A stretch of 47,317 bases of DNA from Minisyncoccota bacterium. Lineage in GTDB: Bacteria; Patescibacteriota; Minisyncoccia; JAHIHE01; JAGLIN01. The first letter of the stretch is position 1. Each line of letters begins with the position of its first letter. The DNA lies in NCBI GenBank assembly GCA_023137595.1, contig JAGLOZ010000029.1, forward strand, positions 1 to 47,317, in the 5' to 3' direction. A model generated the notes under the pieces. The model did no database searches and was not told where the DNA came from. It worked only from the letters and a program-made list of their open reading frames with translations. Positions 9,282-16,829 of this stretch are shown piece after piece. A program made the position numbers and the translations under genes.

Positions 9282-9758
9282 TTGGATAGTTTTTATTATA
9301 ATTTAATAAAAAAACATCAGAGAAGGATGAGTTTTGTTGTTCTCGCATCATTTTTATCTACATTTATTTTTGTTCGTATTTACGTTGTATTGGGAACTGT
9401 CGGGATTATAAACGATCCTCATCTTTATATAAAAGGATATCATGTTCATCACCTTAATTATGGAATTTTTATTCTAGCTTTTGCTGGAATTCTCGCATTA
9501 TTTTTTCAAAATACTAAAAATAGGCTTAAAATAGGGATAATTTATGGAATAGGAATGGGATTAACCTTTGATGAATTTGGCATGTGGTTTAAGCTTGAAA
9601 ATGATTATTGGACGCGTCTAAGTTATGATGCAGTAGTCATAATAGGTTTGATTTTTGTTAGCGTAGTTTATTTTCCGTCTTTTTGGTATGGAATAATTTA
9701 TCATACAGAGAAAGGGATTGAAAAAATAAAAAGTGTTAAGAATAACGACAAAAATTAA
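9282..9758 (+). CDS. hypothetical integral membrane protein
   Basis: 158 aa with a TTG start and about 4 TM helices. It contains a GYHVHHLNYG motif. No family recognised. Confidence 0.45.
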   Translation: MDSFYYNLIKKHQRRMSFVVLASFLSTFIFVRIYVVLGTVGIINDPHLYIKGYHVHHLNYGIFILAFAGILALFFQNTKNRLKIGIIYGIGMGLTFDEFGMWFKLENDYWTRLSYDAVVIIGLIFVSVVYFPSFWYGIIYHTEKGIEKIKSVKNNDKN

Positions 9759-9812
9759 AAACAAAATTTATTTTGCAACAAAGCTATGGTTATAATTTGT
9801 TAAAACGATATT

Positions 9813-10958
9813 ATGAAGATAGGAATGTTTATAAATTATTACACTCCTTCAAAAGGAGGAATGGAAACTTCTGTTATTAATCTCTGCAAAGGACTTGAGA
9901 AAGCGGGGCATAAAACTTTCGTTTTTGCTCCTGAATATCCGAATTATAAAGATGAAAGTAAAAATGTTTTTCGATATAAAAGTTTTCGTTTTAATTATGG
10001 CGGTTATTTTTATGTGATTCCATTGCCATTTTTTTCTAAAGCGCGAGAAGCAGTGGAAAAATTAAATTTGGATATAATTCATAGCCATCAGCCATATTCT
10101 TTGGGCAATGAAGCGTTGAAATTTTCAAAAAAATTAAATATTCCTTTGGTTTTTACATATCACATTAAATATGAGGATTATAATCATTATGTGCCTTTGG
10201 TCCCTGAATCCACTTCAAGAAAATATATCAGAAAAATTACAACAAAATATTCAAATCAATGCGATAATATTATAGTTCCTTCAACTGCAATAAAAAAATT
10301 ATTAATTGATCATGAAATTAAAGCTCCAATAAACATTATACCAAGCGGAATTAATATTAATAATTTTCAAAATGATACTGGCAAAAAAGTAGAAATAAGA
10401 AAGAAGTATCAAATTGAACCAGACGAAATTCTACTTATCACCGCATGCAGGCTAACGGAAGAAAAGAACCTTGGATTTTTAATAAGATCTTTTGCCAAAA
10501 TCGTTTCAAAAGAAAAAAATGTAAAGTTTATGATGGTTGGTGATGGAGCTGTAAGAAAAGATTTAGAGAAAATGGCAAAAGAGTTTGAAATTAAGGACAA
10601 AATGATTTTTACGGGGCTTGTTGACAGAACTTCCATCGTAGATCTTTATCAGGCAAGTGATATTTTTGTTTTTGCCTCGCTTACAGAAACTCAAGGGCTT
10701 GTGGCGGTGGAAGCAATGGCGGCAGGAGATCCGGTTGTAGCGGTCAAAGCAAGTGGAATTGAGGATATTGTAAAGAATGGAGAAGACGGATTTTTAACTT
10801 CCGAGTCAGAAAATGAGTTTTGCGAGAGTGTTTTGAAGATCGTAAATGACAAAGAATTAAGAGAAAAAATGTCTTCTAATGCAAAAGTTAATTCAAGAAA
10901 ATTTGAAATTGCTCCATGGGCAAAGAAGGTGGTTGAATTGTATGAAAGCTTGATGTAG
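9813..10958 (+). CDS. glycosyltransferase family 4
   Basis: 381 aa. N-terminal motif GGMETSVINLCKGLEKAGH. C-terminal motif ETQGLVAVEAMAAGDPVVAVKASGIEDIVKNGEDGFL. Confidence 0.85.
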   Translation: MKIGMFINYYTPSKGGMETSVINLCKGLEKAGHKTFVFAPEYPNYKDESKNVFRYKSFRFNYGGYFYVIPLPFFSKAREAVEKLNLDIIHSHQPYSLGNEALKFSKKLNIPLVFTYHIKYEDYNHYVPLVPESTSRKYIRKITTKYSNQCDNIIVPSTAIKKLLIDHEIKAPINIIPSGININNFQNDTGKKVEIRKKYQIEPDEILLITACRLTEEKNLGFLIRSFAKIVSKEKNVKFMMVGDGAVRKDLEKMAKEFEIKDKMIFTGLVDRTSIVDLYQASDIFVFASLTETQGLVAVEAMAAGDPVVAVKASGIEDIVKNGEDGFLTSESENEFCESVLKIVNDKELREKMSSNAKVNSRKFEIAPWAKKVVELYESLM

Positions 10959-11233
10959 TTATGTTTAAATTGTGCCTGTTATTCTGAATACTGAACTAAA
11001 TTCAGCACAGGCCCGTTTCAGAATCTTTGTTATTTTAGGTTTTAATTTATTTTATTTAACTCTAATCATCATCTACGACGCAAACACAATTATTTTTTTA
11101 ATATCGTAATTGTGTTTTCATTCTAATCAAAATGTTTTGTGATTTATAGGTTTAATCAGCGTAATAGCTGATAGATTCTGAAACAAGTTCAGAATGACAA
11201 AAAATAATAGACGATAAATATAACAATACAACA

Positions 11234-11941
11234 ATGCTCTCAATAATCATCCCGACTAAAAACGAAGAAAAATATTTGCCAATGCTTTTGGAAAGCATCA
11301 AGAGACAGACTTTTAGGGATTATGAGATTATTGTGGCTGATAATAAGTCAGAAGACAAAACACAGGAGATCGCGAGGAAATATAATTGCGTTATAGTTCA
11401 GGGGGGAATGCCGGGACCCGGGAGAAATGCGGGGGCTAGATCTGCTAAAGGAGATGTATTACTTTTTTTGGATTCTGATACAGAACTTGAAAACGAAAGT
11501 TTTTTAGAATTGCTTGTTGAGGAATTTAATGACAGAAAACTGGATGCGGCTGTGCCAATGGCGTATGCTGATGGCACAAGCCTGGATAATCTTTTCTATG
11601 GGTTTTGGAATAATTTGGTCAAAGTATTTCAGCGCGTAAGTCCTTTTGCGGGAGGATGGTGCATATTTGCAACCAAAAACATTCACAATAAAATAAAAGG
11701 ATTTGATGAAAGAATTGTTTTGGGAGAAGATTCTGATTATGCGAAAAGAACGGCAAAAATTGGCAAATTCAGAGTTTTGCGAGGCGCCAAAGTTAAAGTT
11801 TCTCCGCGAAGGTTTGCCGAAGAAGGCCATTTAAAAATTATCATCCAAAGTATTTGGACGGGATTACACTGGGCCGTGAAAGGAAGAGATAAAGAAAACA
11901 AAGCAGGTTATAAATTTAATATTTACAAGGATAAGAAGTAG
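11234..11941 (+). CDS. glycosyltransferase family 2
   Basis: 235 aa. The sequences LSIIIPTKNEEKYLPMLLESIKRQTF, ADNKSEDKT and FLDSDT form a GT-A fold with a DxD motif. Confidence 0.85.
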   Translation: MLSIIIPTKNEEKYLPMLLESIKRQTFRDYEIIVADNKSEDKTQEIARKYNCVIVQGGMPGPGRNAGARSAKGDVLLFLDSDTELENESFLELLVEEFNDRKLDAAVPMAYADGTSLDNLFYGFWNNLVKVFQRVSPFAGGWCIFATKNIHNKIKGFDERIVLGEDSDYAKRTAKIGKFRVLRGAKVKVSPRRFAEEGHLKIIIQSIWTGLHWAVKGRDKENKAGYKFNIYKDKK

Positions 11942-11976
11942 TTCATTGACCATTATTCATCACCTCTTTTTTGGTC

Positions 11977-12167
11977 TTGACAAAAACTTTATATCTGTTA
12001 TACTGTCTAGTAATAAAGTAAAAACTTTTATGGAAACTTGTAGCACTACAACTATTTACGCTGTGAAAGTGATTAGCCTCCTAATTAGGTAGCTTGTTTT
12101 TAGTCTGGTTTAAAAAAAGAAAAAACCAAATTAAAAGTAATCTACGCAATGGGTAGGCTTTTTTGTT
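11977..12167 (+). promoter_or_regulatory. candidate leader-peptide attenuator C (Thr/Ile-rich leader), a paralog of the two Phe attenuators
   Basis: Promoter: TTGACA 11977-11982, 16-nt spacer with TG, TATACT 11999-12004. The leader ORF (12030-12092) encodes METCSTTTIYAVKVISLLIR. GTAGCTTGTTTTT (12089-12101, includes the TAG stop) can pair with AAAAGTAATCTAC (12133-12145) at 12 of 13 positions, including 2 G-U pairs. A short hairpin TCTAC/GTAGG (12141-12157) is followed by T6 and then GTT (12159-12167). Confidence 0.5.
12030..12092 (+). CDS. putative 20-aa leader peptide METCSTTTIYAVKVISLLIR
   Basis: It has the same length (20 codons) and the same R-TAG ending as the two Phe leaders. It starts 26 nt downstream of a consensus -10. 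Confidence 0.4.
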   Translation: METCSTTTIYAVKVISLLIR

Positions 12168-12194
12168 AAAAAAATAAAAAATATTATCTTCTTG

Positions 12195-12335
12195 GGACAG
12201 GTTTTATTTAGAATTTTATTATAAATAGAACCTGTCCAGAGGGGACGGCGCAAATTAATAAAAGCCATTCAACGTGATGGCAGGTATAAAACAAAGTCCC
12301 GGGTTATCCCCTGGGAATGGAAACCAATATTAATT
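12195..12335 (+). ncRNA. candidate structured 5' leader or riboswitch-like element upstream of the 34-aa sORF
   Basis: A 9-bp hairpin forms between GGACAGGTT (12195-12203) and AACCTGTCC (12229-12237). It is followed by GC-enriched nested complements: GGGAC 12242-12246 with GTCCC 12296-12300, GCCAT 12264-12268 with ATGGC 12277-12281, and CCAG-A-GGG 12236-12243 with CCCCTGG 12308-12314. No known family recognised. Confidence 0.35.
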
Positions 12336-12365
12336 TGTGAAAGTTTTTAGAAAAGGAGAGAGATC

Positions 12366-12470
12366 ATGGCAAAAAAAGTTGATGTATTAAAATCAGAAAA
12401 AGAAAGTACGGATCAAAGAATTCAACTTCGGATACTTAAAGAAACTTGGAGCGGATCGCCTCCAGTATAA
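12366..12470 (+). CDS. unannotated small ORF, 34 aa (MAKKVDVLKSEKESTDQRIQLRILKETWSGSPPV)
   Basis: AGGAG lies 7 nt upstream of the ATG. A strong terminator follows 24 nt after the TAA. The ORF is below the cutoff of the ORF track. Confidence 0.4.
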   Translation: MAKKVDVLKSEKESTDQRIQLRILKETWSGSPPV

Positions 12471-12493
12471 TGAATTTAGGAAGGATATTTTAC

Positions 12494-12535
12494 AGGAAAG
12501 TTGATATTGAGTTATCACTTTCCTCTTTTTTATTT
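12494..12535 (+). terminator. rho-independent terminator
   Basis: AGGAAAGTTGAT pairs with ATCACTTTCCT (11 bp, one bulge; 12494-12524). It is followed by CTTTTTTATTTT. Confidence 0.7.
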
Positions 12536-12669
12536 TAATATTTTACAATATATTGTTTTAATTTTTTGCGTGACATAGTTGTTCTGTGTCATTATAGTTT
12601 AACGATAAGAATTTCAAAATCACCATTCTACGTTCTCTTGAGAGCGGTTTATTATTTGTAATTTTAGCA

Positions 12670-12698
12670 AAAGACAGTCTTTTTTAAGGACTGTCTTT
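12670..12698 (-). terminator. hairpin downstream of tyrA, a possible weak or bidirectional terminator
   Basis: AAAGACAGTC (12670-12679) pairs with GACTGTCTTT (12689-12698). Only a short T run follows on either strand. Confidence 0.3.
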
Positions 12699-12759
12699 AT
12701 GATTTGCATGATCGCTATTATTACATTTGATTGAAAGATGTTTTAAAAATAATTTATCG

Positions 12760-13542
12760 TTAAGAATTTGAATTAAAATCGCTATTTTTTGTAATTTTGT
12801 CTTCAATTTTTCGACAAGAGTCTAAAAACTTTTGGCGAATCTTTTTCGCGTAAGGGTTGTAATTATTCATATCGTAAAAAAGTCTCCAAGTGTCTCCTGT
12901 CGTGTGGCGATATATTTTTAGTAGATCCGTATACCCAGGTGTAAATATTTCTTGTTCTCTGATTCCTGCGCTCCAAAGCGATCTTCCGAGAAAATGAACG
13001 AGACCCAGAGTTGCTGCGTTTTGCTTGTCATGATTCTGTGGAGTTGTTTGGATTATTTTAAGTCCTAAATTTCTAAAAAGCTTTCTTAACTCTTGTAATT
13101 TTGTTTTCGAAATATTAACGGGGCATAAAACGATCTGATGGCCCCTTAGATCCCAAACTTGTTTTTTCAGATTGAAATTTGTCGTGGCCGGCCCGAACAT
13201 CGGATGCGCTCCGATCGTATTCGCGTGAGTTGGCATATATTTTTTAAGCCATCTGCACGGATAAACTTTTACGGAGCAAACATCCATAACAATCGCGTCC
13301 GGTTTTACAAATCGGGATATGTTTTTAATGATTTCTTCGGTTTTGGATATCGGCACGGCGATAATGACAATATCGCTTTTTGATGTTGTTTCCAGATCAC
13401 AAAATTCTGCTCCTATAATTTTTGCTTTGTCTGGAATTTCTTTCTCATTTCTATAGTGATATATGCGGATTTCTGCGTTTTTTTTCAAAATGCTTGCCAG
13501 CAAAGATCCAAAATTTCCAAATCCGATTATTCCTATTGTCAT
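12760..13542 (-). CDS. tyrA: prephenate dehydrogenase
   Basis: 260 aa with an N-terminal Rossmann motif (IGIIGFGNFGSLLA) and the conserved AHPMFGP motif. It lies downstream of the PDT gene on the same strand. Confidence 0.85.
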   Translation of the reverse strand: MTIGIIGFGNFGSLLASILKKNAEIRIYHYRNEKEIPDKAKIIGAEFCDLETTSKSDIVIIAVPISKTEEIIKNISRFVKPDAIVMDVCSVKVYPCRWLKKYMPTHANTIGAHPMFGPATTNFNLKKQVWDLRGHQIVLCPVNISKTKLQELRKLFRNLGLKIIQTTPQNHDKQNAATLGLVHFLGRSLWSAGIREQEIFTPGYTDLLKIYRHTTGDTWRLFYDMNNYNPYAKKIRQKFLDSCRKIEDKITKNSDFNSNS

Positions 13543-13567
13543 ATTTCTAAAATTTAGATCTATAAAA

Positions 13568-14134
13568 TTACATGGTTGCCGCTATAAATGTCGTGAAGTT
13601 AAATTTTAAATCCTGTATTCCCTCTTCAAGCAGGTTTAATTCATATAGCTCTGCGCATTTTTTGCAGGCGATTATACCGGTGTCTGAAGAAATTTTTCCT
13701 TCATGCAGATCTTTTGCCGCACTGGCTGTGTCGGAATATTCCTGCAGTTCCAAATTTTCCCATTTTCTTTTCAAATACATTCTGCACTGTTTGAGCGCCT
13801 GCGGATGAGAAGCTATTTTTTTTATGTCTTCTGCCTTTGTTTTTGGTTTTGCGAGCAAACAATGTCTGACATTGATTTCAAATATATTTTCTATGTTAAA
13901 AATATATTCACTCATAGCATAAATTGCTTCATAAACGATACCGCCATTTGAATTCTCAATTGGAAAGATTCCTTTATCCATCTCTCCTTTTTTCAGGGCT
14001 TTCATTGTGTTTTTGACGCTTATTAAATATTTGATTTCATAGTTCTTTATGTTGTTATTGTGGCAATAATAATTAGCGGCTTCTTCCGAAAAGCTTCCAA
14101 TATTGCCCGAAACTCCGATTACTATTTTATTCAT
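13568..14134 (-). CDS. pheA: prephenate dehydratase catalytic domain protein lacking the ACT domain
   Basis: 188 aa with PDT motifs: GNIGSFSEEAA, FPIENSNGGIV and ASHPQALKQC. It ends at NFTTF (the position of the TRF motif), so no C-terminal ACT regulatory domain is present. Confidence 0.75.
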   Translation of the reverse strand: MNKIVIGVSGNIGSFSEEAANYYCHNNNIKNYEIKYLISVKNTMKALKKGEMDKGIFPIENSNGGIVYEAIYAMSEYIFNIENIFEINVRHCLLAKPKTKAEDIKKIASHPQALKQCRMYLKRKWENLELQEYSDTASAAKDLHEGKISSDTGIIACKKCAELYELNLLEEGIQDLKFNFTTFIAATM

Positions 14135-14281
14135 ATTTAATGAGTTTAATTATTTATAGGTTTATCTTATCATAAAATTAAAAAAGAGTCATTACTTTAA
14201 ACTCTGAATTCGAAAGGTAACTTCTAACTGTCATTGCGATGACAGTGAGGAGTTAATTCAAAAAGCTCCGAAAACCTTCTC

Positions 14282-14455
14282 TTGACATAATTATTCTTTT
14301 TGCTATACTAATATTATTGAAATAAAATATCTTATGAAATACACAAAAAACAATCAATTTTTCTTTTATAGCTTTTTTAGCCGTCACAAGCGATAGGTTG
14401 TTGTTATAGCTTGATTTTTCCAAAGAACAATCCATCGCAAAGATGGTTTTTTGTT
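14282..14455 (+). promoter_or_regulatory. Phe/Tyr leader-peptide transcription attenuator A in front of the aro operon
   Basis: Promoter: TTGACA 14282-14287, 16-nt spacer with TG, TATACT 14304-14309. The leader ORF is 14334-14396. GCGATAGGTTGTT (14390-14402, contains the TAG stop) is complementary to AACAATCCATCGC (14426-14438) at 12 of 13 positions, including one G-U. The hairpin CCATC-GCAAA-GATGG (14432-14446) is followed by T6 (14447-14452). The aroDEK ATG is at 14493. Confidence 0.75.
14334..14396 (+). CDS. leader peptide MKYTKNNQFFFYSFFSRHKR
   Basis: 20 codons. Five Phe and one Tyr codon fall within 8 consecutive codons (14358-14381). The ORF shares 54 of 63 nt with the second leader at 23728-23790. 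Confidence 0.7.
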   Translation: MKYTKNNQFFFYSFFSRHKR

Positions 14456-14492
14456 ATTTAAATTTAATTTTTATCAGTAATTTATATTATTT

Positions 14493-16388
14493 ATGTTATG
14501 TGGATGTGTTGGAGAAAAAAAGATTAATAATTGTCTAAATCAAATCATTAAAGCCGAGAATAACGGTGCGAAAATTATTGAATTGCGTCTTGATTATTTG
14601 GAACATAAAAATGATTTAAAGCAGATAATTTTATCTTCCAATTTGCCTGTTATCTGCACTAACAGAAATAGCGATCAAAGAATTTTGATTGAGGCGATAG
14701 ATGCCGGCGCAAAATATATTGATATGGATATTAATGAGATTGAATATGATGTTTTGAAATATGCCAGAAAAAAGGGATGTAGGATTATTCTTTCTTATCA
14801 TAATTATAAGGAAACTCCCTCATTAAAGGCAATACTTGCTATAGCAAAAAAATTTCAAAAAGATGCAGATATGATAAAGATAGTAACGACTGCAAGATCA
14901 CAAAAAAACAATGGCATTATTCTGTCGCTTTATGGCGCGATAGAATATCCTCTTATCGCTTTTAGCATGGGCGTGATCGGACAGCAAACTCGAATTGATT
15001 GTTTGGCGCATGGAGCATTGTGGACATATTGTAGTATTGGCCGCAAAAAAATAGCTTCTGGACAAATGAGCTTGGGTGAAATGGCAAAAGAAAAAATATA
15101 TTGTGTGATCGGAAGTCCGATCAGACACTCAATGAGTCCGGTTATGCATAATAAAAATTTCAAATCATTAGGTCTAAATGCAAATTATAGCGCAGTACAA
15201 GTCAGCAACCTTAGCCAATGGATGAAAACCGTTCAAAAAAGAGATATTCACGGGATCAATGTTACAATGCCTTACAAGACAGAAGTGATGAAATATTTAG
15301 ATGAGATTGATCCTTTGGCAGAGAAAATAGGCGCTGTAAATACGATTCATAATAGAAACGGAAAATTGATTGGTTATAACACAGACGCGTTTGGTGCTTT
15401 GCAGGCTATAAAAGAAAAGACAAAAAAATTGAAAAACAGAAAGGTGATAATATTAGGTTCAGGAGGAGCTGCCAGAGCGATCTCGTTTATTCTTGAAAGA
15501 GAAAAAACAGATGTAGTTATTATTTCCAGAAACATAAAAAAAGCAAAAGAAATTGGAAAAGCGTTGAAATATAATAATAAAAACATCAAAGAACAATTAC
15601 AGGAGGCGGATATTTTGATCAATTGTACTCCAATTGGAATGAATTCCAACGAAACTCCAGTGCCAAAAGAGAGTTTGAATAAAAATCTAGTTGTGTTTGA
15701 TATAGTTTATACTCCCATCAAAACAAAGCTCATCAGAGATGCCGAAGAGAAAGGATGCGAGACAATCTTGGGATATAAAATGCTTGCCTTTCAAGGAGCG
15801 CAGTCATTTCAAATTTGGACAGGAAAAAAGCCCAATGTTTCAATTATGCTTGATGCTGTCAAAAAACAACTTTTACCAAGTATAGTCTTGACGGGATTTA
15901 TGGGTTCTGGAAAAACAAGTGTGGGAAAAATATTAGCAAAAGATCTTGGACGAGAATTTATTGATATTGATGAGGAGATAGAAAAAAAGGAAAAAATGTC
16001 AATTAAAAATATTTTTAGAAATCACGGCGAAAAGCATTTTAGAAAATTGGAGAATGAAATTCTCAGAGATGTCGCGTCAAGAAAGAATGTAGTAATTTCC
16101 TGTGGCGGTGGAATTGTTCTTGAGGATAAAAACAGGCAAAGATTAAAATCTTTTATTACTGTTAATTTAAAGGCGGAACCAAGAACTATTGCTCAAAGAT
16201 TATCAAAGGATAAAAGCAGACCGTTATTATTCGGACTAAGCAACAAGGATAAAATAAAAAAAATATCTAGAATATTGAAAGAAAGAGAGAATTTATATAA
16301 AATTACGGCAGATTATTCCGTCAAGACAGACGGTCTCAGCAAAAAAGAAAGTGAAAAAGAAATTATGAGATCAATAATTAAAATTTAA
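14493..16388 (+). CDS. aroDEK: trifunctional 3-dehydroquinate dehydratase (type I) / shikimate dehydrogenase / shikimate kinase fusion
   Basis: 631 aa. The AroD-I part has ELRLDYL, SYHNYKETP and MIKIV. The AroE part has GSPIRHSMSPVMHN, NVTMPYK, NTD and GSGGAARA. The AroK part has the Walker A motif GFMGSGKTSVGK and SCGGGIV. Confidence 0.9.
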   Translation: MLCGCVGEKKINNCLNQIIKAENNGAKIIELRLDYLEHKNDLKQIILSSNLPVICTNRNSDQRILIEAIDAGAKYIDMDINEIEYDVLKYARKKGCRIILSYHNYKETPSLKAILAIAKKFQKDADMIKIVTTARSQKNNGIILSLYGAIEYPLIAFSMGVIGQQTRIDCLAHGALWTYCSIGRKKIASGQMSLGEMAKEKIYCVIGSPIRHSMSPVMHNKNFKSLGLNANYSAVQVSNLSQWMKTVQKRDIHGINVTMPYKTEVMKYLDEIDPLAEKIGAVNTIHNRNGKLIGYNTDAFGALQAIKEKTKKLKNRKVIILGSGGAARAISFILEREKTDVVIISRNIKKAKEIGKALKYNNKNIKEQLQEADILINCTPIGMNSNETPVPKESLNKNLVVFDIVYTPIKTKLIRDAEEKGCETILGYKMLAFQGAQSFQIWTGKKPNVSIMLDAVKKQLLPSIVLTGFMGSGKTSVGKILAKDLGREFIDIDEEIEKKEKMSIKNIFRNHGEKHFRKLENEILRDVASRKNVVISCGGGIVLEDKNRQRLKSFITVNLKAEPRTIAQRLSKDKSRPLLFGLSNKDKIKKISRILKERENLYKITADYSVKTDGLSKKESEKEIMRSIIKI

Positions 16389-16392
16389 TGGT

Positions 16393-16665
16393 ATGGAATT
16401 AAAAGAAATAAGAATAAAATTAGACAAAATAGATAACGACTTGGTTGAAATTGTCGCCAAAAGAATTGAATTAATTCCAGAAGTTGCTGAGTATAAGAAG
16501 GAACATAATCTTGAAAGGTATCAAAAAGGAAGAGAAGACCAAATTATTACAGAATTAAGAAAAAAGGCTTGTGAATTGAATGTTAATCCTGATCTAATAG
16601 AAGATCTGATAAAAAGGATCATTGAAGAATCTCATAGAATTGAAAAAGAAATTATGAAAAAATAA
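16393..16665 (+). CDS. chorismate mutase, AroQ class
   Basis: 90 aa, all-helical. The pattern LKEIRIKLDKIDNDLVEIVAKRIEL...RE matches CM type 2. Confidence 0.8.
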   Translation: MELKEIRIKLDKIDNDLVEIVAKRIELIPEVAEYKKEHNLERYQKGREDQIITELRKKACELNVNPDLIEDLIKRIIEESHRIEKEIMKK

Positions 16666-16829
16666 TTAAATTAGGAATTGCGTATTTGGCGTTTACAGAA
16701 GTTCAGTTTCTCCGTATTTGGTCGTGATTTACAATTTAAATGTTATATACAAGGCAGTACTTAAAATTAAATTGAATGTGTAGAGGTTGAATCTCTTATA
16801 TCTCTTAAGTTCTATAAATAATAAATTAT

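Noticed and set aside
12288-12306. AAAGUCCCGGGUUAUC resembles the RNase P RNA conserved regions CR-I (GAAAGUCCGGGC) and CR-V (ACAGAACCCGGCUUAUC).
   Set aside because: Only one such strand is present, so there is no P4 partner. The GC-rich segment is only about 100-140 nt, versus 330-400 nt for RNase P RNA. None of the other conserved regions could be found (for example the AGGGUGAAA...GUAAGAGC-type region).
14135-14333. Possible minus-strand leader (MSREGFRSFLN) and a small hairpin plus T run (about 14184-14212) upstream of pheA1, considered as a fourth attenuator.
   Set aside because: The peptide has only two Phe. No convincing promoter or alternative antiterminator pairing could be found, and the hairpin stem is only 4-5 bp. 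The evidence is too weak to report as a feature.
14253-14435. 60-aa minus-strand ORF in the track.
   Set aside because: It is antisense to the promoter, leader peptide and antiterminator of attenuator A. It has no RBS and its composition is low-complexity. The conserved features here read on the plus strand.
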